A DNA stretch of 64,000 nucleotides from Eukaryota sp. TZLM1-RC (Eukaryota; Protista; Metamonada: BaSk clade), in contig JAUPSS010000004.1 in NCBI GenBank assembly GCA_040285825.1, positions 2,336,550 to 2,400,549 of the forward strand, written 5' to 3'. Shown here piece after piece: positions 21,341 to 33,779 of the stretch. The position numbers and the translations under genes were made by a program. Within the stretch, counting starts at the first letter, position 1, and each line of letters opens with the position of its first letter. Below the pieces are notes generated by a model that ran no database searches, was not told the origin of the DNA, and worked only from the letters and a program-made list of their open reading frames with translations.

Positions 21341-23005
21341 ATTTTGTTGTTTGTGTAAATAGTGTTGTAAATAGATAATTATCATTTGTTTTTGACATTT
21401 AATTCCAAAATTTAGCACTGGTGAGTTGTCATTGCTTGTGTTCTTTAGGTAGGGAGTACCAAATTGTTAGAAGTCCTTGACTATTTTGTGTTGACCAAAA
21501 GGGAGTTCCTAACTGTGAATAATTCAAGTAATTTTTCAGCATTTGTAATCACAATGTTTGGGAAAAACAGATTGCATAAAGCTCAAAATATGTAAATAGT
21601 TCATTATAGTAATGTAAGTAGGCAAATAAGAGATCTGAATTTGTTTAAGTTGAAAATTTGAATTAGAAGGGAATGAAACAATTTCGGAACATCACAAATT
21701 GTCATGTGGAAACTCAAAAGACGTTAGCTTGATATCTGAATTAATCAACTGGGAAATCAATTGGACCATGACGACCCAGAACACAACTCCAACTCTTGGC
21801 ATCCATATTTCTTTGCACTGTTCTCAAGTTGTATCATTTTTCTGTTGATTGTAGTGTCATAAGCTGGATAGGTGAGCTGTAAAGACACTTTTTATAAAGT
21901 TTCTCAATCACCTATTTTTTGAACACAACGTGGTTATTTGAAATCAATTTTAAATAATACAAGAACTAACTTTGATAATTGCTAAATACGGGAAACATAT
22001 GTCTTCTCCTCAAAAAAATTCTCATTGTGTTGGAATTGTGTCTTCAATTTCTTAGAAAATGGGGAAATATTTTCCGAATTCAATATCTTCTTTGATAGAT
22101 TTTTGGATCAATTATGTAAGAAGAAAATATGCTATCAATATTCTTTGGGAATTTTTTGGTTCCTTCTGTCCTCCTTTTGAACAAAATTTCATAAATAATT
22201 CCGAAGATTTAACTAATATAGCACCGAGAAACAGTCATCTGAGAAATTAAGTACAATTTTTGAAGACAAATGCTTTAACAACAAATGGTCTAGGGCTTTG
22301 TCAGCTTTAAGTCCCGGAGTTAAAGCGCCCAACAATCAAAATACTATGGATAAACTAAAAATACTTCATCCTTTGGAAAACCCTATAATTGATCAAAAAT
22401 TTTACAGAACTTACTGGGAAAATTATCCATTGATTGCATCAGAAGTATTTTCGGTGATAAAAAAGAGGCCACGTGGTAAGTCTGCCGGACATTCTGGTAT
22501 CTCTATTGATCATGTAAAAGCGGCAATTATTTCTTCAGGGGATTGTCTTGCTTTATGAGCCAAATTTTTCAACAAAATATTGACCGGTCAACTCAAATAC
22601 CCAGAAGAATTAAGAAGTTCTCGTTTGACTGCACTTGTCAAAAATTCAAAAATGGATGTTCGTCCTATAGCAGTCTCTGAGAGCCTACAAAATATTTTTT
22701 CTGCTTGTTGCGTAAGCAGGTTCAATGAAAAAGCAAAAAAGATTTTATTACCCTTTCAGTATGGAATTTATACCACTGATGGAATCCCTTCAGCGATATT
22801 TGTTACAGATGTATTATTTCGCCAAAATGAAGCCAATGTTTCTATGTCATTGGATTTTAGTAATGCATTCAATTCACTCAGTCGTCGCATTATGTATCCA
22901 TGGTGCTTTATTGCAATATATGCCAGAAATAATGCCGTATTTTCCATCAACAAATAGCACATATTCTAATTTACATTTTGATAATTGCATTTTGAGTTCA
23001 TCAAG

Positions 23006-23147
23006 TGATGCCGTTAGGCAGATGAACACACGAAGGGGAGAGAGAGAAATCTGTTGTTTATTAATAAAACTGATTCATAAATGAGTATCACGTCATCAGT
23101 CGAAATACATAGAAACCTACTAATTCAATTTGAGTGCAACAACAACA
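23006..23147. mobile_element. Solo LTR (142 bp) inside the RLE-1 RT domain
   Basis: TG...CA termini, 4-bp TSD CAAG (23002-23005, 23148-23151). Removal restores LSSSSGVKQGDP. Confidence 0.85.
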
Positions 23148-23858
23148 CAAGTGGTGTAAAGCAAGGAGATCCGTTAGGACCTCTTTTGTTTTGTTTGGCC
23201 ATTCATCCTATTTTATTGCAAATTCAAGAGATGTTTCCTGCGCTGAAAATGATTGCATATATGGATGATGTTGTGCTTATTGGTGATTTAAATATTGTGA
23301 AACAAGCAACTGTATGTTTTAAAGAATTATTTACCAAAATTGGTCTCAGGCTTAATTTACTTAAATGTGTTTTGTTATCGAATTCTCCAGTTTCCACAAT
23401 AGTTGATGGTATTGAAATTCAAGCCAAATTATATTCAATTGATGCTATTCGTCATTTGGGTTCGTTTTTAGGAAATAATGATGAAATTACCAAAAAATTG
23501 TTTGAAAAGTTGAACTCAATTTCCGACAAAATTGACCGAATGATGAATTTAGATATACAAAAACACATCAAATTTACCATTATAAGACTGTGTTTTAGTT
23601 CCAACTTAAATCATATGTTTCGAGCTACAAATCCTCTTGTCACTAGGCCTTTGGCTCAGAAGTTTAATGAATTACGTGCAAAAGTTTTGTCACAAATACT
23701 AGGATGTAAAATGTTCCAAATTCTAGATCATGCTTATCTTAGTCCACATTATGGCGGTTTAGGTTGGACAAAGGCTTCTATTCTGACTTCATGTGCTTTT
23801 ATTGGTGGATGTAGAAATGCAATTTTTGAGTTTTTGAAAGATTTGCCGATTGGGAAGA

Positions 23859-24514
23859 GTCAGGGACCAAATTTATGTAATGTGCAAATCATATCGAGTA
23901 GTTTCCTTTTTAGAACTGCTGTTATCAAAATTAATTCTTGATGATCCCAATATTGATAGTACGCGTTACAACAGAGCTTCTATGGGTCTGACAACAGGTC
24001 ATCTAGTTGTTCCCGGTTTAAATGGTAGTTTTACTATTTTAGACGCCATGTCTATTGACCCTTGTAATTCCTCTAACGAACAACTCATTAACTCAGATGT
24101 AAATAATCCTCTTCTTGCAGGCGAAAAATATAAAATTGCTAAATATGCGAAACCCATTTCCTCGATTAATGAAAATTCTCATGCCCAATATAATTTATGT
24201 CCCGTTGTTGTTCCTTTGCTTGGATCTTTGGGTAAGGCTGCTATGGCTTTCCTTGAGGATTTTGTTGTAGTTGTAAAGGAAAGAACTGGAAGAATTTTCC
24301 ATCGTGTTTACTGGCAAAACAGGATTGTATTTTTATTGTTAAGGGAATGGTAAAACTGATTTCTGATTCACTGTCTTCTTTTGGGAAATTTTCTGAATCT
24401 TTGGCAATTAATTGTTTTGATGTAGGGGAGGCAGGTTTTGAGGATGTGGAGTTTTAATTGTGTATATTATGTTTTCATATTTGTTGTTGAATAAAATATT
24501 GTTTTTTAACAATA
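23859..24514 (+). mobile_element. 5'-truncated RLE-2 copy nested in RLE-1
   Basis: 10-bp TSD ATTGGGAAGA (23849-23858, 24515-24524). An uninterrupted site is present in RLE-1 at ~50105. Confidence 0.9.
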
Positions 24515-25624
24515 ATTGGGAAGATTTATTAATGACAACGCAAAGTTCTACAATTTTTGCATTAAATGATGAAATTTCCAAAATTGAAGTAGAAAAATGG
24601 ATTCAATGCTTTCCCCAATCATTCAATGGCAATATTCCGGAAAAGAATTTTTTAAATTTAAAATACACTCTTCAAACATTACAGAAACGATTGACTGGAA
24701 TGTGTGAAAATGATGTTTATATAATATATACAGCTCGGCTGTTTTAAATCAAAATCTTCACTCATTCTTATTGGAAAAGGGTGTTTGTGAAAACAAGTCA
24801 TCAGATTCTTCACTTTTTGTAACAATTGTACCACGAAGATTTGGACTGTGTGCTACTAATGAAGCATTTGTAACAAAAATGAAATTATATTTGAATATCC
24901 CCATTAATCAATTATTATCAAAAGAAAAATGTATTTGTTTGAACTCACCTCAACTCACTTTGCGCCATGCTCTGAATTGCTCTAAATTGATAACTTATCG
25001 TTCTTCATTACATGATGCTGTTAGAGACATTGTTTTCAATATGGCACAAACTGCAAGAATATCGTGTATCAAAGAGCCCCTGCTGAAAGAAACACCTTCT
25101 CTAATAATTTTGGTTCTGATGATAGAGGTGATGTATACTGTGATTGAATTGATAATTCTGAAGCTATTGTTGACTTTGTCTCATGTAATGTTGCAAATGA
25201 TACTTTGGTTCACAGAAGAAAACTTAATCCTGTGGCTGCTCTGGATTTTAAAGCAAAAGAGAAACACAGAAAATATGATAAAGATATTGAAGAGGTTAAT
25301 GTCGATAGAAATACACAGCTGGTTTTTATTGCTTTACCATTTTCGATAAATGGAAGATTATCAGATGAAGCAGAAACTTTTTTGAATGACTTCCAAAAAA
25401 TGGTGCAAGAAAAGACAATGAAAAGATTTGATATTTTTTTATGGCGTTCACGGATTCCATTTGTCATTATTAATAGATTACCTCGGTTTTTCAATCGAAT
25501 TAGAGAAGCTTTAGCTAGACAGCAAGCAGATCAAGATTTTGTAGAGGAAATCTTGGTTCAATGATAGTTGTCCCATAAGTTATGAGTTAATTTAATTAAG
25601 TGTGCAAATTCAATAAATATTATA

Positions 25625-26945
25625 ATAATTTCTGCCAATTACTTTCCAAATACACTTTCCTCCTGACCAAATTCCAACGGTTCAAATATTGGTTCAAATT
25701 TTGAACGGAATATTGGTTAGGAGAGTGTTTACTGGGTGAAGGTTTTGTCATGTATCTTCTGCAAGTTGGACAAGGAATAACTTCACATTGATAATCATTT
25801 AAGAAGTAACCACATAATCTAGATTGGCCCAGATCAACGCCAATAAGGGGCATTTCAGGTAAAAGTCCGACTGGATGTCTACGTCTTCGACGGGGAATCT
25901 TTTTAGTGACCTTTAACTGTGTTTCTCTGGTTTTGTTGGCATTAGGGTCACTTTTCATTTCTTTATTTGATCTTCTTTTCTTTTTCGGTGGTTCATCCAG
26001 CTCATCTGTGTTTTCTGAGTCATTATTTTTACCTTCAAAGGTCAAAAGCATTTCATTACCATTAGCTTTCAATAAAAAAATTTTAAATCTATTTTTCAAA
26101 CTTTTTCTGTTGATATTGAATTATTTTCAGTCAATTTTCAGACGAGGAGTGAACAAAGATTTCAAAGATGCAGGATACAATGCCTGCACATCAGTTGTTT
26201 CTTTTTCTCCAACTACATGTCTTGCTTTTCGTGTTTTGTGACTATTAATATAGACACGCAATAATTGTGAATTGATGCAACTACTCAAATGGAAATTGAC
26301 AGAAATGAGATCTTCCTAATACTGCTGGATTTAAATTGCGTCGCAAAGATTAACAGTGTTCAGACCCACATCCGTAGTAATTTAAAGGAGTAAATGCAAT
26401 AAATGCTGCAAAAATAACTGAATAATGCTTACAATTCCGTAAAGCGTAATTCCATTTATGATGTGTTTGTTCAAAAATTTGAACTTTCAGCATTGTTGTA
26501 TTTATTTTGCGTAAAAAAGGGTCGAACTTAATTTTTGACTCCTGTACCCTTGAATCTTCTTCTGATGTCAAACAGGGCAACCCCCTGGCATTTTGCTTTT
26601 TTGTTTGGCTATTCACATTACTATTGAAAGGGCCCGAAAATCTTTTCCTGAATCGAGTATTGTTGTTTAAATGGAGATTTTTCCCCTATCGATTCTTTCA
26701 AAAACATTTGTAGGGTTTCTGAATTTAGTGTTAACAAATACAAATAAATTAAATTAGCTTCGAACCCAAACAAATTTCTGTTGATTGGTAGAGAAATACA
26801 CAACATATTTTGACGCTAAATGGTGTAGACATGACATTCATTCATTTTGACCAACAAGCTTCAATGTCGGCTTGGTAATTTGGATGAAATTGATTTGCAG
26901 TTGAAAAATTTATTGCTAAGGATCTAATTTTTTGAAAATGAATGA
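25625..26945 (-). mobile_element. Fanzor family C copy 2 (N-terminal part to RuvC-I; 3' end lost)
   Basis: ORF 25620-26099 with PPKKKRR NLS-like patch and LIGVDLGQSRLCGY. Confidence 0.75.
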
Positions 26946-28854
26946 AAAAGCATTTGTTAAACAACGAATAGAAATAACCGCACAATTGAAGCTCCACATC
27001 CTCAAAACATGTAGCTCCCACATCGAAGCAGTTAATTGCTGAAGATTCGGAAAATTTACCAAAATGAGAGTGAATCAAAAATTGGTTTCACCATTCCCTT
27101 AAAAATAAAAAAGACAATCCTGTTTTGCCAGTAAACACGATTGAAAATTCTTCCAATTCTTACCTTTACAACTACATCAAAATCCTCAAGGAAAGCCATA
27201 GCAGCCTTACCTTATGATCCGAGCAAAGTAAAAAACAAAGGGACATAAATTATATTGGACATGAGAATTTTCATTGACAGAAGAAATTAGTTCCTCGTAT
27301 TTATTTAGCTATTTAGTATTTTTCGCCTACAAGAAGAGGATTATTGACATCTGAATTAATGAAATGGTCGTTAGAAGAATTACAAGGGTCGATGCACGTG
27401 GCATCTAAAATGGTAAACCTGCCATTTAAGCCGGAAACAACCAAATTACCTCTTGTCAGACTTATAGAAGCTCTATTGTAGCGCGTACTATCAATAGTGG
27501 GACCATCAAGACTTAATTTTGATAGCAGAGGCTCTAAAAAGGAATCTACTCGATGAGATTTGCACATTACATGAATTTGATCCCTGACATTATAAAGTAT
27601 TTTAATTCTAAATGTAATTAAATGTTTTCAGTTCAAAAGATGAGCAAACAAAAGATGTTTACCACATTTACATGTTAAATGAGAAGGCAAATTGTTTGGC
27701 CATGAGGAACAACAAAAACGTCAATTCAAAAACTTGTTTTTAGTTGATGATAGAGATTTTTGAGTTCTTTGTTTCATCATCCTGAAAATATTTCAGACCT
27801 TCTGAATGATGAATTCTTCGATTTATGTGAACAACATGATAGAAGAAATAATGAACTTAGAGACATAATTGAAGGTCTTATTGAGCCATTTACTTGTCAA
27901 ATTGAGAATTTGGTCACTGACGAGAATTTAGTTGATAACATATTTCCAGTGGATATACATTTTCTTGCAGACGCTGTTGAAAAAGATCCTCAAATATTCA
28001 TCAAACCAGCAATTGCAATTGCTCAATATATTTCCAGTTGAGAGAGAAAACCTTATCATATTTCTCCTGTTTCAACTACTGTAGGCCTTGGATATTTTCC
28101 TATTGATACAAGAACAATAAGGAGAATTGTTAAACAAACATTAATTGATGATTTATCATCTACACAGACGCTGAAAATGTCCAATACACTAGCCCAAATT
28201 ACGAAATTCGAACTATTTCAGCAATTTGACTTATGGTCTAACATTCTCGATTTAAACCAACCAATGTTCAAACAGAAGAGCTATAAATTCAACAACATTA
28301 TCCACACAGATGGATTTAATATTGCAGTAGAATTTGTTCGTCGGGATTTACAAGGTTAGAAATGTAAGCCAGACAACAAGGCCAGTATTTCTGATTTATA
28401 TATTGCTGATGTTGATGTGATACTTTTCAAGACAAACGAATCATTGTTTGTGATCCTGGAAAACGTGATTTATTGTATTTTGGGAGTAAAAAGACTGATC
28501 AAGAATTAACATGAAACTGAACAGCAAAGAAGTAGTCAGGTGATGAATCAAGACATGAAATTCAAATTGTTGAGAATGACTCAGACGTCCTGGTCTTTGA
28601 AAAGTAAGATGAATGAACAGCAAAAACGATGGGCGACAAAGTATACTGAGGTAGATGACGACAGGAACCAAATGATAGAAACCGCAATGACAATTGAAAA
28701 TGCAGACACCGAATTATCCTCGTTTGCTGCCAATTCATCAGCTTTTATAGATTTTTCCAACTTTGTGGTTGCCAAACTTCGGCAAGTTTTTTTGACAATT
28801 GACTTTTACAGTCTTCACTTGTGGAGCATTCATAAAATCCAAGCTTTTATTCAC
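26184..28854 (+). repeat. Segmental duplication copy 2 (partner 1-2674)
   Basis: Direct sequence identity with the window start. Confidence 0.95.
26950..27701 (-). mobile_element. RLE-2 3' fragment (duplicate of 765-1520)
   Basis: ORF 27313-27567 is identical to 1132-1386. Confidence 0.85.
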
Positions 28855-29323
28855 ATGCAAAAGACTGAAAGTTGGTTGTTAAAAAATCTTGTTCAGCATT
28901 TTGGCAATTCAAAAGACACTTTAATACTAATGGATGATTATGGTAAAAAAGGTTCCAATATTTTGAAACATCAGAGACCTACTCGATGATGATTAATGAA
29001 GCTTTCAAATCAGCACAATGTCTTGTTTGTTTTGAAAAGGTTTCTACGTTCTTGAGAGTAACAAATCCCAGATTATATAAGAGACAAAGGAGTCCAGTTA
29101 CTACATGTCATGGTTTATTAGCTTGTAATAGTCAGAGTTGCAAACTCAGTAACAAAGGCTCAACAATGCGTTTCAATAGAAATATGCTGGCTTGTCTGAA
29201 CATGCTTGCAATTGCTGAAGCCAGAATGAGTGGTGATGAAAGGCCTCAGTATCTGTGTAGTTGATAGTTTTTGTAATTACTCTGCACAAAAATTGATCGT
29301 GAACTTATGGGAATTTCACATAT
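27702..29323 (+). mobile_element. Fanzor family A copy 2, pseudogene
   Basis: Same motifs as copy 1; ~46-nt deletion at ~28985; 3' end CTTATGGGAATTTCACATAT. Confidence 0.85.
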
Positions 29324-29398
29324 GTGAGTTGGTCTCTCAAAAAGAAGGCATCTACAGATCTTTAACATTCATAATCTCCTTTTCAATCAACTTTTTGG

Positions 29399-31324
29399 AT
29401 GTATTGTTATGTTGTTCCTACTCTCAAAGGATCTCTGTTGTTGTTGATCATTCTATCATTTCTTTTACCTTCAGTAAGGTCGACGGATCGTCATGTTTTG
29501 CTGATCAGTGCATCATCTAAGGACCTTTCTGATTCTATCTTCATTGGTTCAGTAACTCTCACACTTCAAGCTCTTTTTAAATCAATGTTAGTCTGTCTAG
29601 AGGTCTCCACCGAAATGACTAATGTGACTGACGTTCAGCCTGCTCCATCCCTTATTATCACACCTTTGCATTGTCCATCAACATCCAAATTGGTTGATTC
29701 GCTTGCATCATCGAACTGGTCAATTCCAGTCCTGGCTTCCAATTCAATGTTTAATTCAACTAACCCAAACGTCTTTTACACAACACAACACATTTCTTTG
29801 TTATTACAAAGGTCTATTTCACTTTACCAAGTAGCAGGGGCTAAAACAGTTTTGGTAATTACATGTTTAAATGAAAACCTGAGTTTTATTAAAAAGTTAC
29901 AATTGAAAAATACAAACAAAGTCACTACAATCACCCACTGTGGGGCATCAGTTACAGCTATGCGTCGTAACTATCTAAGGAAGGTCGTAGAACCAAACCC
30001 AGACCTTGTAGTCTTTTTAATAACTGATAGCGACTCTGTTCGCTTTCTACAAGTGGCATGTGAGTTGAATCATCAGCCCAAATCCGTTTTGTTTTACTTT
30101 GGGACTGAAATTCCTGCTTTTTTATCTAATTCTAACCTTATCCATCATGCAGGTTTTGTTCGTCCACATTACTCGCCATTGTTGTTACATGCATCGTCTA
30201 CTGTTAAGGGTTTGTTCGCACCACCCCTCTCTCCCAATGATCAGTTGTACTCTCCTGCTATGGATGCTGCATACACAGTGTCACTGGTTGTAGAGCAAGT
30301 GATAAAGCAAAACTCATCAGTTACTGCAGAAGGATCTCTCTCAGTAGATGAATTGGATTTACTTTCAGTTGCTAATATTTCCCTATTTGACTCAACCCGC
30401 AGATTAATCCCTTTTGGGTCACCAGTACTGTTTCAATATATAAATGCGCATCTCCACCCTGTTTCCTCCTCTAGTTCACTTATTTACCCTTCTTTTGGTA
30501 AGCTCGGGGACGAGAGTTTGTGGAAGCACAGGTTGAGCACATGGGGAATTCATTGTGGACTGAGTGTAATTGCATTGATTAGCATTGGTATTTGGATACA
30601 AAGGACTCGTTCAAATGCCATTCACACAGCCACTCTTTCTTCGATTCCTGTCCATTCTGGATGTGCGGTGTTCTTCAGATGTACTGATGTTCATGTGTTG
30701 TTTGAAACCCTACCACTATATATTGTAGAACAGTCTATTTCTCTTTTGCATTCTGTTATTGTAAACTCAGTAACAGAACGTAATGGTTTTGTTGTAAAGT
30801 TTTTTGGCCCAGACTCAGCTAATTGTTTGGCTATTTTTAACTCTGCTTGGGAGGCTCTTCTAGCAGCGATGGACACTCAAATAGACTTATTATTACAGGA
30901 TTGGCCAGATGATATTCTGGAGATGAATGCTACATCAAAAGAAAGATTCGCACCTGGAGATGCACGCATTTTGTTCAGAGGTCTTTGTGTTGCAATTGGC
31001 TTAGATTATGGTACAGTAAGTCAAGTTCGGTCTGAGGAGTTTGGAACTGACTACGCAGGTACAACACTGAATAGAGCTGCCAGGCTTTGTCAATCAGCTG
31101 TTGGCGGACAGACTATTTGCAGCGATAATGTCTTCAATTTCATTAGGCATGGTGGTCACGACACTGAGGATATAGTGGTTGTTCACAATATCGGGGAGAG
31201 GGTACTGAAGGGATTGAAAGAGTTTACTGTGTTTGACGTGCGACCATTAGCTTTAAAAGATCGTGATTTTGGCCAGAGTCCATCTGTTCAACGTAAAATG
31301 GAATTATGGAGTGCACCGTCTTGA
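29399..31324 (+). CDS. Receptor-type class III adenylate/guanylate cyclase
   Basis: Signal peptide, extracellular region, one TM helix (WGIHCGLSVIALISIGIWI), cyclase motifs GFVVKFFG.D, FRGLCVAIG, DYAGTTLNRAARL...GGQT, LKGL. Confidence 0.8.
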   Translation: MYCYVVPTLKGSLLLLIILSFLLPSVRSTDRHVLLISASSKDLSDSIFIGSVTLTLQALFKSMLVCLEVSTEMTNVTDVQPAPSLIITPLHCPSTSKLVDSLASSNWSIPVLASNSMFNSTNPNVFYTTQHISLLLQRSISLYQVAGAKTVLVITCLNENLSFIKKLQLKNTNKVTTITHCGASVTAMRRNYLRKVVEPNPDLVVFLITDSDSVRFLQVACELNHQPKSVLFYFGTEIPAFLSNSNLIHHAGFVRPHYSPLLLHASSTVKGLFAPPLSPNDQLYSPAMDAAYTVSLVVEQVIKQNSSVTAEGSLSVDELDLLSVANISLFDSTRRLIPFGSPVLFQYINAHLHPVSSSSSLIYPSFGKLGDESLWKHRLSTWGIHCGLSVIALISIGIWIQRTRSNAIHTATLSSIPVHSGCAVFFRCTDVHVLFETLPLYIVEQSISLLHSVIVNSVTERNGFVVKFFGPDSANCLAIFNSAWEALLAAMDTQIDLLLQDWPDDILEMNATSKERFAPGDARILFRGLCVAIGLDYGTVSQVRSEEFGTDYAGTTLNRAARLCQSAVGGQTICSDNVFNFIRHGGHDTEDIVVVHNIGERVLKGLKEFTVFDVRPLALKDRDFGQSPSVQRKMELWSAPS

Positions 31325-31830
31325 CTTTCACAAAACTTATTCATTTAGAATTGGTGTCATTTTGTTGTTGGTGCTGTCCAGCTACAAGCCGTGTTTGCAG
31401 GTCAATACCTTTTAATGAAAACGAGGAATAGTCGTTGTTTCAAATCAAAACTTTCTCAAATCTTGCAATATTATTGCTTTGATTTGTTGTAATCATTTGT
31501 TTGTTTTTAGCTATCAGAGCATTGCTGATACTGTGAAATACAAGGTGTACAAAAGCCCTACATTTCATTGCCATCCGCTTTTTTTGTGAAAACACCTTTT
31601 GAGTTAAGGTATTCTTTAATACATCATCATTGTACATTGTGTTATTACTTTCAAGCTCATGCATGGCCATGTTCTCAAAATTGAAGTTATTGCATGGTTT
31701 TGTTAAACTGTGTCAGAACATGATTGACTCTTAGTAATTTAAAATATCAAAATCAATGAAGCAACGACAAATGTTTTCTAGTTTGTTTCAATTTAATAAA
31801 AACAAAAAAATACACAAAAACCAGTCAAAA

Positions 31831-33189
31831 TCAACGTACTTTTTCCTTTATAGAAACTGCCCATTCCTGGATAGCTTTGTAGAATCTAACTTTGGGGTTC
31901 ACTTCATCATCATCTTCAAGAATTAGCACTCCAAAACGATAATCTATTTTCCCTTTAATGTGACCAGAAACAATAGCCTTCATCACGAGCCGTGTAACTT
32001 CGGTAACTGAAGACTTCAGCTTTAAAGCAATATAGTCAAGGGTTACACGAGAAAAACTAGAAACAAACGATAAAAATACTCTGGTCTTGATGGAAAATCT
32101 CAAATCCTCAAAGAAAGGCGTCATACTTTCATCATTGATTTTTGATAGTGCATCTTCAAAACCATCAATATCTTGACTGTTGAACGCTGATACAAGGTCA
32201 AAAAAGACAGAGATTTCAGGAGAAGTCTGATAAGGCTTAATCTCAGGAGCACTAAAGATATCTACATCAGACCTGGACAGCAGTGAACAAAGACACAAAA
32301 ACTGTAGTGCTTGCATTCTATTACTGCTCCCCGACTCATCAAAAGACTTGAACGCCTCCTTCCACGAGTCCATAGAACCATCAAAGTCCCGATAGTCCAT
32401 CTTCATTCGTGCAGATGCAGAGGCAATAATACCCCAAATATATGGATGAGCAACGCTGTAATGCTTCAGTTTCTGGGCCTGACTATTGAGTTTTCGAACC
32501 TTTTTAAACTCTTTCAATGAAGTAGACACGGTGAGATCCAATGCAACTACCTCCAAGAGTGTAGCTGCTTTTCTAGGATCTTCCACGTGTTCGTCCTCCC
32601 CACCAAGACTGTCGTAGAGGCGGGCTATAATAGGCTTTGCCTGGTCAAACTGTTTGTGTGACACATAGAAATTTCCAAGTTTAAGTAAGGTTTTCTGGCA
32701 AAAACGTTCAAATTCAGAGTGCGAGGAGAGCTTTTCAAATGTTTTTTGATACACTTGCTCCAGAAACGAAAGCATGGAGTCATCTGTACTGAGGATATTA
32801 AGTGAATCCATGATGGTGGAGACAGCACGTTCAAACTCATTTCTGGAGACGACTGAACTCGATGCAAAGGTAAGTAGCCTGTAATAATGATCTAATAGTT
32901 CATCGAATCTACCCAGCTTTTTGAAACAAAGACAAAGATGTTTGATGGCTTTAAAACTCCATTCAGATTGATTTGTATCTAATTCAAGGACTTTTTGGAA
33001 ACCTGTAACAGCAGAGGTGGGGTCATTGTCTTCGTAATTCTTAGATTCGTAGTAAGCATTTTCTATCAGAATTGATATATCGTCTTCTTCTTCATCAGGT
33101 TGAGCCATGTCGAAGTCGAAATCATCAAAGCCCTCCATACTCTGATCGTCAAATTCTTGAAACTCAAAGTCGTCAAAGTCGTCATCCAT
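31831..33189 (-). CDS. CSN2: COP9 signalosome subunit 2
   Basis: Acidic N-terminus, IENAYYESK, FQKVLELD..EWSFKAIK, LLEVVAL, HPYIWGII, EAFKSFDESGS, PCI domain; start at the ATG at 33189. Confidence 0.92.
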   Translation of the reverse strand: MDDDFDDFEFQEFDDQSMEGFDDFDFDMAQPDEEEDDISILIENAYYESKNYEDNDPTSAVTGFQKVLELDTNQSEWSFKAIKHLCLCFKKLGRFDELLDHYYRLLTFASSSVVSRNEFERAVSTIMDSLNILSTDDSMLSFLEQVYQKTFEKLSSHSEFERFCQKTLLKLGNFYVSHKQFDQAKPIIARLYDSLGGEDEHVEDPRKAATLLEVVALDLTVSTSLKEFKKVRKLNSQAQKLKHYSVAHPYIWGIIASASARMKMDYRDFDGSMDSWKEAFKSFDESGSSNRMQALQFLCLCSLLSRSDVDIFSAPEIKPYQTSPEISVFFDLVSAFNSQDIDGFEDALSKINDESMTPFFEDLRFSIKTRVFLSFVSSFSRVTLDYIALKLKSSVTEVTRLVMKAIVSGHIKGKIDYRFGVLILEDDDEVNPKVRFYKAIQEWAVSIKEKVR

Positions 33190-33275
33190 TAGAAGAGAAG
33201 CCAAGATGAAAGAATTTGCAATTATCACCCACTCACCAACAAATGCAATCCTTGACCACCTTTCCTGCTGATAAG

Positions 33276-33584
33276 ATGTCTCAAATCGACCAGCTTCAAA
33301 ATGAAATACTGTCGACCTTAGCTTCAATTTCTACACAAATGTCTTCAAAGCAATCCAAACTTATTCCCCGTATCAACAAAACGCTCACACAGTTTGAAAA
33401 GAACCGGAAGACCCTTATTAACCTCGAAGAGCAGCTACGTGCGCTATCTACCAAGTGTTTTACAACACGACAGAGACTTTACCATCATTTTCCAGAACAA
33501 TTTGATTTCGAAATAGACGATGAAGCATTGCCTAGTGAACGGTTTCAGTTTTCAGATTCTGAAGAGGAGGATTACACTGCTTGA
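33276..33584 (+). CDS. Small coiled-coil protein, possibly KxDL/KXD1-like
   Basis: F..NRKTL..LEEQL..L......RQRL...FPEQF resembles the KxDL-domain spacing. Weak match. Confidence 0.55.
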   Translation: MSQIDQLQNEILSTLASISTQMSSKQSKLIPRINKTLTQFEKNRKTLINLEEQLRALSTKCFTTRQRLYHHFPEQFDFEIDDEALPSERFQFSDSEEEDYTA

Positions 33585-33779
33585 AATTGAGTAGGTTGAT
33601 GTTGAAACATCTATTTCTACTCCATTATTTTGACCTCGACAATTCTTGTTACTGTCTTTTTAAAAACTAATTTTGCTGATATGTACGATCTGCAGGTTGA
33701 TGACATTTGTATTTTTATATTTTTTTTACCTATTGGATCAGTTTTAATTGTTTATTCAATAAAAATAACACTGTGATTT

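Larger units (their letters stand above)
21900..25620 (+). mobile_element. Non-LTR retrotransposon RLE-1 (CRE-like), longest copy, disrupted
   Basis: RT motifs VRPIAV, LDFSNAFNSLSR, GVKQGDPLGPLLF, YMDD, HLG; CxC..H..C knuckle; RGDVY..VDF..KEKHRKY endonuclease. Two nested insertions; 5' limit approximate. Confidence 0.9.
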
